This document shows, in pieces, positions 1 through 13,059 of a stretch of DNA of 64,000 nucleotides. Positions within the stretch are counted from its first letter, which is position 1; each line of letters opens with the position of its first letter. The translations under genes and the position numbers were made by a program. Source of the DNA: Guillardia theta CCMP2712 (Eukaryota > Protista > Cryptophyta); NCBI RefSeq assembly GCF_000315625.1, contig NW_005434646.1:638534-702533 (forward strand), written 5' to 3'. Below the pieces are notes generated by a model that was not told where the DNA came from, searched no databases, and saw nothing but the letters and a program-made list of their open reading frames with translations.

Positions 1-78
1 TCGCTCCCTCGCTCCCTCGCTCCCTCGCTCCCTCGCTCCCTCGCTCCCTCGCTCCCTCGCTCCCTCGCTCCCTCGCTC
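1..78. repeat. (TCGCTCCC)n octamer tandem repeat
   Basis: Directly visible perfect tandem array at the window start. Confidence 0.95.
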
Positions 79-286
79 TCTTGCTCTCATCTCACAACCT
101 TATCCTCTCGCTGCTTCCCCTCGTCTCATCCTCCCGCTCCCTCAGGCTCGCCCATTGCCACCATTTTCCATCTTCATTTAGACACCTGCCGGGTCCGCCC
201 AGTAAAGAAGCGTCTCCCCGTGGTTGAACAGTGAAGCCAACCTGCGAGACGGAGGGAGAGAACAAGAGACGAGGAGAGAACTACAA

Positions 287-385
287 GTAGTCAGTCAGTC
301 AGTCAGTCAGTCAGTCAGTCAGTCAGTCAGTCAGTCAGTCAGTCAGTCAGTCAGTCAGTCAGTCAGTCAATCAGTCAGTCAGTCA
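287..385. repeat. (AGTC)n tetranucleotide microsatellite
   Basis: Directly visible, one internal mismatch. Confidence 0.95.
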
Positions 386-432
386 GCAAGAAGCAAGAGT
401 TAGTTGGTTCCACAGTCCTGATCCTACCAGGG

Positions 433-1763
433 ATGAACAGGCAACGGGGTCTTGTTCTGGGGATCACTTCGGTCATGAACTCGATGGCGTGCATGGCAAG
501 GGATCCCTGCTTCTCCTACCTCCATTCAGGACGACCTCCATTCGGCGCAAGGCTTCCTGTCTCGACCAAATCTCAGCGCCAGCTTGCAGCGAGAGCGAAG
601 ATCGTGAGTCAAGCGCGAGATCGTGGGCAGGAGGGGACGGGCAGGAGGGACATCCGGGTCTTTGTGGGAGGACAACAGCTCTTGCACGGATCGACGGTAA
701 ACTTTGAGTCGTCGCAGAGCCACTACCTCGACAAAGTGATGCGCGTCATGGAAGGAAGTCACGTCAAAGTCTTCAACGGCTGCGATGGGGAGTGGTGGTG
801 CCGGATGGATCACTTTGACAAGAAGGGAGCTCGCGGTTCTGTCCCCTCCCTTGCCCTCGGCCGTGCCTGACCCTCCTACCTAGGAACCGTCACCGAGCAG
901 AGGCACACGTTCTCAGCAGGAAGCGACGTGTGGCTACTCTTTGCCCCTGTCAAGGGCGACGCCACGGAGGCCATCGTGCAGAAGGTGCTCGAGGTTGCTG
1001 CTTCCTCTTGCTCTGACGTTGCTGGCGGTTCAGGCAACAGAACTGGGTGTGCGGGGCATCCTGCCCGTCTCTACGCAGGCATGCTTGCCACTCCTGCGCT
1101 GATTCCTGTGACAAGGTCTTTGATAGAGGACTATCGTCAAGTCGATCAAGCACGAGAGGCTTCAGTCGATTGCTGTGATCAACTCCTGCCTTCATGCGCA
1201 GGACATTTGACGAGCCTGTCCCAGGTGGAGGCATCTGAGCAATGTGAACGACTGGATGTACCAGACCTTGTTCCCTTGCAGCCCCTGAACAAGCTGCTGC
1301 TCAAGTGACTTCAGGGACCTAAGCGTGTAGTCACTGATTCTTCCCTTCCAGCTGGCCATCAGACCGCAAACTTGTGGTCTGTGACGAAACTCGCGTCGGA
1401 GAGCGCGGCACTTGGGATACTCTGCGAGCGTTGCAAGGTGAAGCGAGGTTCGCTATGTTGGTGGGGCCTGAGGTAAGGAGGACAAACTCTTGCTTTCCTC
1501 ATGCGCCTGTGCAGGGTGGTTGGTCAGACGATGAGTTGTCCGGATTTGCAGAGCATCAGGCGGTAGCGCTGCAGCGTTAGCGGGGGAGGGGCAACTGACT
1601 CGGGCCCGGCCTTCAGGTCAAGATCGGTCTGGGCCCAAGAATACTGAGAGCAGATACGGCAGCCATCGCAGCCTTGACGCTGTTTCAAGTAAGACCCTGG
1701 GGTATGCTGCTGACTCGCGAGTTGGTGATTTGTTCTCAGGCGTGCCTGGGAGACTGGAAGTGA
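433..1763 (+). CDS. rsmE: 16S rRNA m3U1498 methyltransferase (RsmE family, SPOUT), multi-exon, probably organelle-targeted
   Basis: Spliced translation gives HYLDKVMRV..VFNGCDGEW, LLFAPVKG..IVQKATELGV, EASEQCERLDVP, LVGPEGGWS and LGPRILRADTAAIAAL..LGDWK*. Long N-terminal extension; exact start uncertain. Confidence 0.92.
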
Positions 1764-2320
1764 CGTAGACCTATCATAGTGTAGCATATATCAGCCCGGC
1801 ACATAACTACCCTGAGTGTCCACAATGCTCATAGCCCTTCATCATTAAGTTACGGGTTGTGCCTCAAGACGACGTCACTGACATCACTGTTTGGGGATGC
1901 GCCTAACTTAAACGATACATGTCCAATCAGCTGGTGATTCTCAGTCCTCGTGAGCACTGAAACCACACCCTAGCCCTGGAGCCGCGACTCGCTAAGACCT
2001 AGTAGGGGACGATCTTGGGAGCCGCGAGACGCAGGGCTCAGCACCGTCCGAATGTCCGACAGAGCTCCTGCACAAGGCTATGTCAAGTAGTTGGGGACTT
2101 TGTAGTCAGAGTAACAGTGTCAGACAGGTAAGGGATAACAGCATCTATCACAACTCATGTCACTTACTTACGCTACCGTACAGTACACGTCTCTACTTCT
2201 CAGGACTTCACTACTACACTCTAGCTAGCCTACTACACTCTACACACCGTCGGCAGCACCGTCGGGCCATGAAAGTGAAAAGGCTTTGAATGATAGAGGT
2301 AGTCAAGTCCTTACGTGCCC

Positions 2321-4528
2321 ATGGCATCCGTAGCGTGGGATGACGCCATGGGAGGGCAGCGTGTGGAGCTTGTCGATCTAGAGAACGAGCGATGGTACCA
2401 TCTCCTCTCGTTGCATGTTATTTTGGTCCTCAGAGCATGGACGATGCTTTCCCGCAAACTGAACGACTGTCCATTGTTAGGAATGGATTGAAGGGAAGGG
2501 TTCTGTGCAGAAAAGGAGCGAAGCATGCTGAAGACGAGCGGCTTCTCATCCTACTCGACAACGGCCAAGAAGGTATCCTTCTTCTTCTCCTCCTTCTCCT
2601 CCTCCTTCCCCTCCTCCTCCTCCTCCTCCTCCTCCTCGTTCTCCTCCTCTCTCTCTCTATTTCTTACTGCACGTGGAAGCCTTTGTGAAGAGAAGCAAGC
2701 TCAAGAACCTGATGCCCGAGAGAGTTGTCATCCGCAGCTTCAAGGGGGAGGGCGTCTCGATGGCAGCCGGCGATTCGATATCCTCCGCCAAGACCAGGAC
2801 TGATGTCAAAACAGAAAAGTCTCAGTCGACAACAGAGAATATCATGAGCTTCGAGGGAATGCCCACTGTTTGCATGAGCGAAGCTGCTGTCAAGTCGTTT
2901 GTTGAAAGAACACGACACAGTCTGTACGGCTTGCAGGATGCTTCGGGAAATGTTTGGGTTATGGACACAAAGCAAGACGTCCTGATTGGGTAGCTTGGCA
3001 CAATGTTTTCCCTTCCTGGTGATACCAGCCTTGTTAGGCGCTCGGCGAACTGCGGGCTAGTCCTGAATGAGAAAGAGAGCAGGTCGGTATCGGGGTATCA
3101 CTGCATCATACGGTACGACAAGAAGTCCGACGTCTTCAGGTTCAAAGATATCAGCTCCAAGGGATCCAAAATCAACACTGTCGAAATACACTGGAGGCAA
3201 GTGACACTCAGCGTCGGGGATCTGATCCAGATCGGGGGAGACAAGACTGGGGTTTCATTCGTTTTCAAGCTGTTCTCTGCTGAAGATCAAAGCATCAAGA
3301 AGGTAACCGTTGTCGTTCCCCTGCTACTGTTCGTCTTGTTTGATACCCATGTCCCGCCAGCTGATGGGAGATAGGACTGATCACCAGGCGAGGCAGGTTG
3401 GCAATTAAGTTAAACCTTTGACTCTGTTCTCGTTGGCCGTGTAGACTGGATTCTTGTCTTCTGCTCTCCAGCTGGATGACTTTATTGGCCTCAGGTAAAA
3501 TCTCAGGACCTTGCAAGCCAGCAGCAACACCGTCATTTAAGGTACCCTGAGAAAGCAACAGTCTGTTTGAGCCTGAATCCTTTTTCCTGACCGCAGAGGC
3601 GCGGAAGAAAATGCTCTGGTGCTCTATGAAGGGAGCGGCCCTGTAAGGCGGAGGTACCACACTCTTCATCAGAGTTCATCGGACGTAAGGTCAACAAGTC
3701 TTTCCGACGGCAGCGACTCCTCGTCTCCTTCGTTCAGCAGCCACAGCAGCCTCATGCTGTCTGACCGCCGACGGTCTGATGGCCCTCCTGCGCACAGGAA
3801 GCAGCGCGATGAGAAATCGTCAGATGACTCGTGGAGCGAGTGGTCCTCAGCAGCAGACGAACAACCCTTCCTTCGTCCTTCGACCCAGCCCAGCAGAGCC
3901 CGGCGAGCTGCCCCAACAGAGACTGCGCTTGTCCGTCGGGGAGCAGAGGCAGGGAGGCTGGTGGTAGGACCCAGCCTGCCAAGAGCTGAACATAGAAGTC
4001 ATTCAAGGGACGCCCCAGCTAGACATCGATCAGCAGGTTACTCGCGAGTCACATCATCGCGTCAGGACGCGGCAAGGAGCAAGTCGGGGAATCCCCGTCA
4101 GCCGCTTTTACCCCATGCGAGACAAGCAGAGGCAAACGGCTTTAAGCTCAACTTGGAAAAAATCCAGACAGGTGGGAAGAGTGCTGAAACGGCTTTTCGC
4201 GAAGATCTTTCTGAGCTCTACAGATACAAGAAGCATGAAAAGGCAGAAGCTCAGAAGAGGATCAAAGACATGGAAGATCTGAAGGAGATCTCGCAAAAGT
4301 GCAAAGATACGATCGATGCATATGATGTAAGCTTCTTGCGAAAGATCAATCTTGAGAAAGTGACTTAGAGCGCAGCAAAGGATCGCTCTAGGTAAGGAGC
4401 TTGCGAAGAAGTACGGCAATACAGTGTCTAATCCGGCATCTCTCCTCCTTCAAGAGCTCAGGTATGTGCAACATGGTCAAATGAATTGATCTGAATAGCT
4501 ATTCGTTATCAGAGCAAAGAAACATTGA
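2321..4528 (+). CDS. FHA-domain protein with Ser/Arg-rich low-complexity region and C-terminal coiled coil, multi-exon
   Basis: VLIG|RSANCGLVL...VSGYHCII...KDISSKGSKIN..LSVGDLIQIG matches the FHA signature (GR, SxxH, D.S.NG-like, GD.I.IG). Ends approximate. Confidence 0.75.
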
Positions 4529-7500
4529 ATAGTGGTAAAGCCACAAGCTCGCTTTCGTTGCATACTCAGCGTCGAGGAGCAAAATACAGCTTATGACGAT
4601 AGTTGGATATGAACTCTTTTCATGTCATTACTCTCAGGACACCGCATTCATTCCTTAACAGCCACATGGCAGGACCTATGCGCATGCACATATTTTCGCA
4701 GTGATGCTATAACATCATCAAGATTTATCGCAGCTTTCCCTCAGGATCACGGAGTGGGTTTGGCATGGTCTTGGCATGCTCCTTCCACTCAGGAGTAGAT
4801 GAGGGGCCGGGGGGTTCTGTAAAGCATGTGAGCTATAAGCAAAGCGACAGCATCTCAAGCCTACTTCGAATGCTTACAACGGAGGCGTAGCCAAGACCAG
4901 AGCACACCGCTACACCGACTACGGCTTGAACCCAAATTGGGCCTGTGGCAAAGGATCAGATAACAATGCTAATGCCTAAGAGGGGCATCCCATAGTTCAC
5001 AAAAAAACTGAAACATACTATCTAAACAGATTGATTGCTAAAGAGGCTTGACCACTGCAACACACACAAGCAAAAAACAGACGAAGCAGTGTTTTTACAC
5101 TAGGAAGCAGACGTGTAAGCAGAGGTGTATCGCGCAGGGTACAATACAATGACATCAAGGAAAACACCGAAAGATATTTGAAAGACAGATAAAGACTTTC
5201 TCGTACCGATTTACGAGATATGTTTGCAAACACAACTCAAGGATAATATTGGAACATAGTCAAGCAGGAAAGGAGTCGGAAGTGGAAAACAGAACAGCAA
5301 ATGCAAGTAGAGCATTAAGACATCATAGCAGTCTACGCGTGCGAGAGCCGAACCCATCCCAAGAGGATGAAAATTGAGAGTGCTCTCAAGAGGAAGGAAG
5401 CAGCGCCATGCTCACCGAGCTTATTCATTGCATGTGAAAGCGCCATTGCGACGGCGAGGCTGCAGTACTTTTAAAACAGAACCTCCAAGTGTTTTATGCA
5501 TTATTATTTGTACCTTATTCATATAAACTTCTAAAATTGTAGAAACCTTGCTTTGTAATTATACAATCTGTACAGAAGGAATTTATCAAAGACGCAACAT
5601 ATAATCGTTTAGTGTAGAAAAACGTATCATTTTTGGGTACTGAAACTTTCAATCATATATTTTTTTTTGTATGAAAACGAATTGAGTTCTGTAGTGTTTG
5701 TATTGTTCCTCTCAGTATTTATATTATTATAGCTCAACAGCTCCAGCCTCTGCGGCCCTCCAAGCTGGGTGGGTTGACTAAAAATCCGTGTCAGGCCGCA
5801 GGTCACTGAGGCCGTCAGGCCGTGCGGCACTCAGGCCAGCGGCGGCACCGGCCGGGCCCGGTCACGACCGCAGAGTCACGGCGGGTTCGGGCCGCGCGGC
5901 TGCCGGCTCAGTGACTCAGTGACCGGCGTACGGTACCGTAGTACCGTACGTGGTCTTAAGTTACTCAAAGGTCTGCCGGGCCGCCCAGGCGGCCCGGCGG
6001 CCCGGCGTCACGGCCGTGGCCGCCGCCGTGGCCGCCGCCGCCGTGGCCGCCGCCGCCGATTGAATGATCCGATGATCGGATTGGACGCCGATCCCGTTTC
6101 GAACTTGAGTTCATCGGGAGCCTATCGGTCCGACCGTACGCTTCGCCCGACCGGTCATCGGACTGAGACTGAGACGGTCAGTCACCGTACGGCCGGGCGT
6201 GGCCCGGCCAGTACGGTACGAGTACTTGAACTTGGGGCCAAAGCCTCGGCCCGGCGCGCCGCGCCGGGCCGGGGCCCGCGGGAGGCCTCCGAGTATGGCA
6301 GCCTGCCGCGTGCCACAGCTGAGTCAGAGACTAGTGAAGCGGCTACTCGGACGGTCGCGGCCATGACGAAGAAGAAGTTCTGACCGTCGGACTGTCATCA
6401 ACGGTTGCCGTCAGGCTGGCGAAGGGGACCGAACTTCCGCGAAGACGACCAGACAGTCTATTTTGGTATACAAATTGACGAAACGATGTCTTTTCGCTGC
6501 CACAAGTAGCTTTAAGAAGGCACCCAGTCACGAAATCTCGTTACACCATAACGGTCAAGCGTCGGAAATCCTGTCAGCTGGAATCTTAAAGCGATGTCAT
6601 CGAACTCGAAACGTTGCAATCACCCCTCACGAGCTTCGAGCTTTGTCTGAAAACTACTATATTCGCAATAAAGGAGTTTGTTGGTCACGCACGCAGGAGG
6701 CATCGGTTGGGATAAGTCTCTCAGCTTTCCATGATAGAGCGTTGAGATAAGGGATCGCTTCGGATGACTTCTTCCCTCATTTCTTCCTCCATGGGCACCC
6801 ACCCTTTTGTTGAATCTGACAAAAGGGGTAGCTCTCGGTCAGCGGAATACACGTTGACCTTTGTATCCATATTACTACACGTGTAATCATTGCACTCAAT
6901 CCCCGCTTACAGGGCAGGATCGACCAGTCGGGGTGGGGTAGAGAAAAAGCCGCATACAAGGGGGCTCTGGCCCTCAGAAAGGAGGGAGGACCACCGTGGT
7001 ACCAGTCAAAGGTACATTCTTTTTAAGAATACCAGGGGTGGGTAGCTGGGGGTCATGTCATCAATGTATTTTTGTGTACTTTTTGGTTAGAGCTGGGCAG
7101 GCTCATCCAGAAGGGGTAGAGATGGGGTGGGGGTGATGAAGAAGGTGGTGTATGGAGAAAATTACATGGGAGAATGGGGTACATTTGATGAATTAGGGAG
7201 GGGTGTACGTGTAAAGTGCTTTTGCTGTAGGAGACTGGATTGACAAGGGGTGGGTTGGGTGTAGGTAGAGATACTTGCAAAACCATGATTCAAGGGGTGG
7301 GGTACGTGACATGTCATCAGCTGCCAGGTATGGAATCCGCTCAAAAAAGGGGTGCCCGACGTACCCCACCCCCTACAACATAGCACATTTCTATATTCTG
7401 GAACCGGTATTTTGTAGTTTAACACCGGTGGTTTAGAGACTCTTGAACAACTGGACCCCCCACCCCTCGAAGATCTGACCCCCTGTCAGGATCCTGCTTG

Positions 7501-7848
7501 CCCTTCTCTTCCCGGAGATCACCTCACCCCCTTGCCCATCCCCCCACTCTCCCCCATCCTTTCCCGTTTACTCCTCCCTTTCATCGCAACCTCAACGTTC
7601 TATCCCTTGCCTGTTCTGGCCCCCTTCTTTCCTCTCATATCCTGCTCATTTGCCCGGTTTCTCGATCTGCCCCCTTGCCAGCCATCCGCTTCGTGCACCC
7701 TCATACGTTGTCCTGCCCCTGCTCTTTGTGAATCTTTGTGCGTTCGATTTGATTCCTAGGATCATCTCCATTCATACTCTCAAGTCTAGTATAGTGTTTC
7801 TTCCTTGACCACCGAGGGAACTTGGCCTTCTGGCCGCTGCGATTTATC

Positions 7849-9491
7849 ATGGCGATCTTGTCGAGGGGCATTCATCGCACCTACGAAGTTGGGAGAACTC
7901 TGGGAAAAGGGTCGTTTGCTACAGTGAAGGAAGGAAGACATAGAGACAAGGGCACACTCGTCGCTATCAAGATTGTCGACAAATGGATGAATTCTTTCCA
8001 TCAATCATCTCTGGAGCAGGAGATCCAGACTATGATGAAGGTTTCGCACCCTAACTGCCTCCGTCTGCACGAGGTGTACGACCAATGCGAGAAGACCTAC
8101 CTGATTCTTGATCTGGCAACCGGAGGAACCGTCATGGATCGCATCATTGCCCTGGACTTCTTCTCAGAGAAGCAGGCCGCAAAAGTGACAAGAGATGTCC
8201 TGAACGCGGTGGAATACCTGCACAACATCGGTATCACACACAGAGACCTGAAGCCAGAAAACCTACTCTATGCGTCCAACGATCCAGAATCCAAGTACTA
8301 TGATACAGTCAAGGTTGCTGACTTTGGACTCTCGAAATATATGGGTGAGAACGTTTCGATGAAGACTACCTGTGGCACCCCGAATTACATGGCGCCTGAA
8401 GTGTTGAATAGTGATGGTTTCGATGGTTATGGCCCTGAGGTGGACATCTGGTCAGTTGGAGTCATCATCTACACTATGTTGTGTGGCTTCCAGCCTTTTT
8501 TCGAGTTCTCAACAGCTGCATTGTTCCAACAGATTATGAAGGCTGAGTATTCATTCTTATCTCCTTATTGGGACCAAGTATCGAAAGAAGCGAAAGACCT
8601 CATTTCCAAGATGTTGGTTGTTGATCGATCAAAGAGACTTACAGCAATGCAGTGCTTGAATCACATTTGGTTCGATCAGGCGTACTCAAATGACTCGGTT
8701 GTGAGCACCTTGCATGGATCATTGCACACATTTTTGCTCGTTAGGAAACTTCCCATCTTTGACAACATCGACCCCAAGCTTCAGCAAGAAGTGATCAACA
8801 TGTTAAAGCCAAAGCAAGTTCCTTGGGGGGAGAAAGTCATCCAATCAGGAGAAGTTGCAGACTGTATGTACTTCATACAAAGTGGATCAGTATCTGTGAT
8901 GGTAGATGGGAATGAAATCGACCGTTTGGGTGCAGGTCAGATCATTTTTCTATCAAGGGGCTTTTTCTAACGAGTCTTTCTCCAGGCGACTTTTTTGGGG
9001 AAGTAGCTTTGACTGTCTCAGAACTTCGTACTGCCGACGTCATCTCGCTTGGAGCACAGTCAGGGACTCGCACAAACGTGGCGTCAAGCACAAGGAACCC
9101 TACCGAGCTTCTCCAATTCATGAGATCCGATTTCGAACAAATCTTGGCTAAGTTCCCCGTACTCCAGACAAGGATGCTTGAAGTCAGCCAGGTGACCGAG
9201 ATACCCTCGCGCATTGTCGCATGCTGACTTTTATCTCTTCAGAAACGTGTTCGTCGAGCCATCTCTTCGCGCAGGCCGTCAGAATCCCTAAGTCCATCAA
9301 ACCACAATCCATCAAGGACTGCGTCATCAGAGTCTGAGCATGTCTTCTCCGGCTCTTCCGATTGCTCGCCAGTGCTCTCTCCTGTTTCTGTTAGTCCCGT
9401 ATCCGCACCTGACCTCGAACTGGAAGCCATCAAATTCAAGAAAGGAAAGAGCAAGGTTTGGAAGAAAACCAAAGGATGCATCCAGCAATGA
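7849..9491 (+). CDS. CaMK1-like Ser/Thr kinase fused to a C-terminal cyclic-nucleotide-binding domain (paralogue 1); exons 7849-8935, 8986-9191, 9243-9491
   Basis: Kinase motifs GKGSFA, VAIK, HRDLKPEN, DFG, TTCGTPNYMAPE, DIWSVG. CNBD motifs MYFIQSGSVSV and GDFFGEVAL...RTADV. Ends KKGKSKVWKKTKGCIQQ*. Two GT-AG introns of 50 and 51 nt. Confidence 0.93.
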
Positions 9492-9720
9492 AGACAGTTC
9501 TTCTTTATATTTTTTTCTTAAGCTTTCTGCTTGTACATAATCTATTAACATTCTAGTGAATGAACATGAGTGAATGGGTGAATAGTCAGCACCAACTCTA
9601 CCTTCTCATATGACAGATCGTTAAATCAGCGAGCTGATTGAAAAGAATTTATTTTTGAGAGAAGGGATTCAAGAGTCCGCAACAGAAACCTTCGCCACGG
9701 AAGAATCAGAGGTTGTGTTC

Positions 9721-11095
9721 TTATGCAGCTTCCTGATTCATAGGATTTTCTGGAGACTTCTGCCACTGGCACACGCAAGAATGAGTGAGCAAGAACACGC
9801 AGTTTGCGCATCATGGAAACTCACGTTCTTGAAAATTATCTCCTTGATTTGAGAAAGCTTGAGGCCCGGATTTTCAGCCCTGATACCTGGAGCAGCGCTT
9901 CAGAGGAATCTTCACAAGTCAGCGAGCGATCAACGTGGGATCTCGCGCTCTTCGTACGCCTTGAATGCAGCCTTGCGTCTCCTCTCTGGGTGAGCATCCG
10001 ACTTCTCGTCCTGGGCACGTCGATTCAGCCAACAGGAAGCGAGGCGCTGATAGTCCTTCGCTCAGTTGGGGTCACCTCGGTGTTAAGGTTGGTGAGAAGG
10101 TCGGTCGCAGCATCGACACCAGATGCTTCCTTCCGCTGGATCCCCTTCTCTGCTAGCATGCGGGACTACAATTGTACACTCAAGATCGGCCGGAGGCTCG
10201 AGAGCAGGCACACCTCCTCCATCCTTAGGTGATTGATGTTTCGCTCGATCTCTGGCTCCTTGGAGGACAATCACTCCCAGCGGCAGAGAGCTGCGACTCA
10301 GCTCACCGGCTTCTTCTTCTCCTTCTTGGGAGGCATGAACATGAGGTTTTGTGCAATCTGCGCCTGTTGTACCGGGACGTTCAGTTGCTCTCGCAGACTC
10401 CAAGGGCAAAAGGTTTGTACCTGTGTGACCTTGGCGGGCTGAGTGGACTTCTTGTTGGACAGGGAGGCAGACTCCTCCTCCTACACGTGGGGCATGCCAG
10501 CATGAATGAACACAAGACAAGGAAATCCTATGACCTCAAGCTTCTTCCTCTCCTCCTTCCTACGGAGCTCCGCAAGGCGCTTTCCTCGGCGGCAGACTGC
10601 ATGCAAGGATCAGACTGCGCCCGATGGAAGGAGAGCCACATACTTGCTTGCTGCCGTCCTTGGATCCCTGCGACCAATAGGCATCCTCTTCTGCTCGGGC
10701 TGGCGCGCAAACGTCAGTGACATCGACTTTCAAAGGGGAGTTCATCAAGAGACAAGTGGTGTTCGTAACAAGCAGCAGGAGAAATGAGTTGAATGTGAAA
10801 GCTATGAAGTTTCGAAGATGGAGGAGACTTTCAGACGAGTGAACAGGACAGCGGGCTGCACGAGTGAGGTGGGTTGAGTCGGCAAAGAAGCAGGCAGAGA
10901 AGACTTGGGCGGAGAGGTCAGAGTTGGAGGGGATTAGGAGGAGGGAAGGAGAGCAAGGGAGGAGGAAGAGGGAAGGAGAGCAAGGGAGCAGGAAGAGGGA
11001 AGGAGAGCAAGGGAGCAGGAGGTCCCACATTTGGCCTCCTCGGCCTCAGCCTTCTTGTTGGCCTCCCTTGTCTTGGCGCCTTCCTTCTTGGGCAT
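9721..11095 (-). CDS. CCDC124: Coiled-coil domain-containing 124 / Lso2-like ribosome hibernation factor, multi-exon
   Basis: N-terminus MPKKEGAKTREANKKAE..EEDAYW. C-terminus HPERRRKAAFKAYEEREIP..ENPGLKLSQIKEIIFK.WQKSPENPMNQ, the hallmark CCDC124 tail. Confidence 0.88.
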
Positions 11096-11876
11096 CGTGT
11101 CGCACCCTATGGTCGGCCGCCGTGACGTGCCGGGCACACTGAGCCGGCCGAGCAACTGGGGCCCGGCAACCGCCACTGTGAGGGCCCCCGAGTCACTCTA
11201 AAGACTTCATATTGTCCTCGTACTGATTTTTGACTTAACTTTGAGTAAAGTGCTGACAGGTGACTACGCTCGGAGGTTGAATCCTCGTGATGATGATGAC
11301 TGCCTCGGATACCACCCCACCCACCAGCACAAAATTTGTAAGGTTTGTTGACCCCACCATCACTTCTGTACTTGCTGGTGTACCCATACAATTCATATTG
11401 AATAGTACCCGTTCTTGTACATAATCGGCTATACCCCCTTCGTACGGACCTTCAACACCTAACTACCCCTTGGGGTCGATACCTGCTTTTTGCGGATAGA
11501 AGTTAAAACACCCTACCCTCTAAAATCCGCTCACTCTGTACGGTAGGGTTATCTCTTTGACCACGCTTTACAAGACGAAAGATATTTGTTATGTTTGTTA
11601 GCTTAATCGGAGACTTTGAAATCTACACGTAAGATTTCAACACATGCCAAATAGTCTTCGAAAAGTTGCCATTTCGTTTTTTGAGAGTTTTTGACCGGAT
11701 GCATGCTGACGCCGCGGCCTGATGTCACTTGGGACATGAAGTGAAAAACTCTGTTTTCGAATACATTTTGGTATTTTGGTATCATTCATACCCCCTGTTT
11801 GCGAAAAAAAATTCTTTTCGGAATCTCGGCAAACCCGTAAATTCGGAAAGAGCACAGCGCAGGGCGGCAGAAAGCC

Positions 11877-12998
11877 ATGGTGAAATTAACGTACACAGGA
11901 GAGATTAGGACAAACTTCGACGTTGGAGAGACGATAGGAAGGGGATCGTTCGCAACTGTCAAACTTTGCACAGATGTCTTCACAAAGCAGCAGTTCGCAC
12001 TCAAGGTTGTAAGCAAAGATGACCCGGCGTTCGATGAGAAGAGCTTGGCCCATGAGGTCGACGCGATGATGAGAGTTTCGCACCCCAACTGCGTGCATTT
12101 ACACGGGGTCTTTGAAGAGAAGGGGAAATTTTTTCTGGTTCTGGACCTCGTTACTGGCGGGACACTGATGGATCGGATCATTGAGATGAATCACTTCTCG
12201 GAACAAGACGCGATTCACGTCACAAGGGACATCCTGGTCGCCGTCGAGTATCTGCATAGCATTGGTATCACGCATCGAGACCTGAAGCCTGAAAACTTGC
12301 TGTATGCTTCAGGAGACCCGGCGTCCCCGGACTACAATACCATCAAGATCGCGGACTTCGGGCTCGCCAAGGTCATGTCAGGAAGGAGCACGATGTCCAC
12401 TCCCTGCGGCACCCCCAACTACGTGGCGCCGGAGGTGATCGACCCCGCGAGAGGCTCCAAGGTCTACGGGCCGGAGGTTGACATCTGGTCGCTGGGTGTC
12501 ATCGTGTATGTCATGCTCTGCGGCTTCCCTCCGTTCTACCAGACCTCAACGCCCGCCCTGTTCAAGGAGATCTGCAAGGGCGAGTTCGGCTTCCCCTCTC
12601 CCTATTGGGATGGGATATCTTCGCAGGCGAGGGCCTTCATCCTCAAGACGATCGTGAAGCAGCCCAAGAAGAGGATGACGGCGTCTGAGTGCCTTGAGCA
12701 CCAGTGGATCAAGAGCGGATCGCCAGACGTGCGAGCTGGGAGCCTGCACAGCTTCCACAAGGCTTTCCTCCTCCTGCGCAAGCTGGATATCTTCGAGAGC
12801 ATCGACCCCATGCTGCTGCATGAGATCGCCAAAGTGCTCAAGACCGTCAGAGTTCGAGAGGGGGACTACATCATCCGAGCAGGCGACCAGGCCAACAGCA
12901 TGTACTTCGTGCACTCGGGCTACGTGCAGGTCTCTGTGAATGGAAGCAAAGTCGACATGCTCACTTCAGGTATCATCACTGAGATGACGAAGATGGGA

Positions 12999-13059
<61 letters not shown>

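Noticed and set aside
5919-6383. 154-aa Arg/Gly-rich ORF
   Set aside because: By-product of the GC-rich palindromic island; GTG start and no domain.
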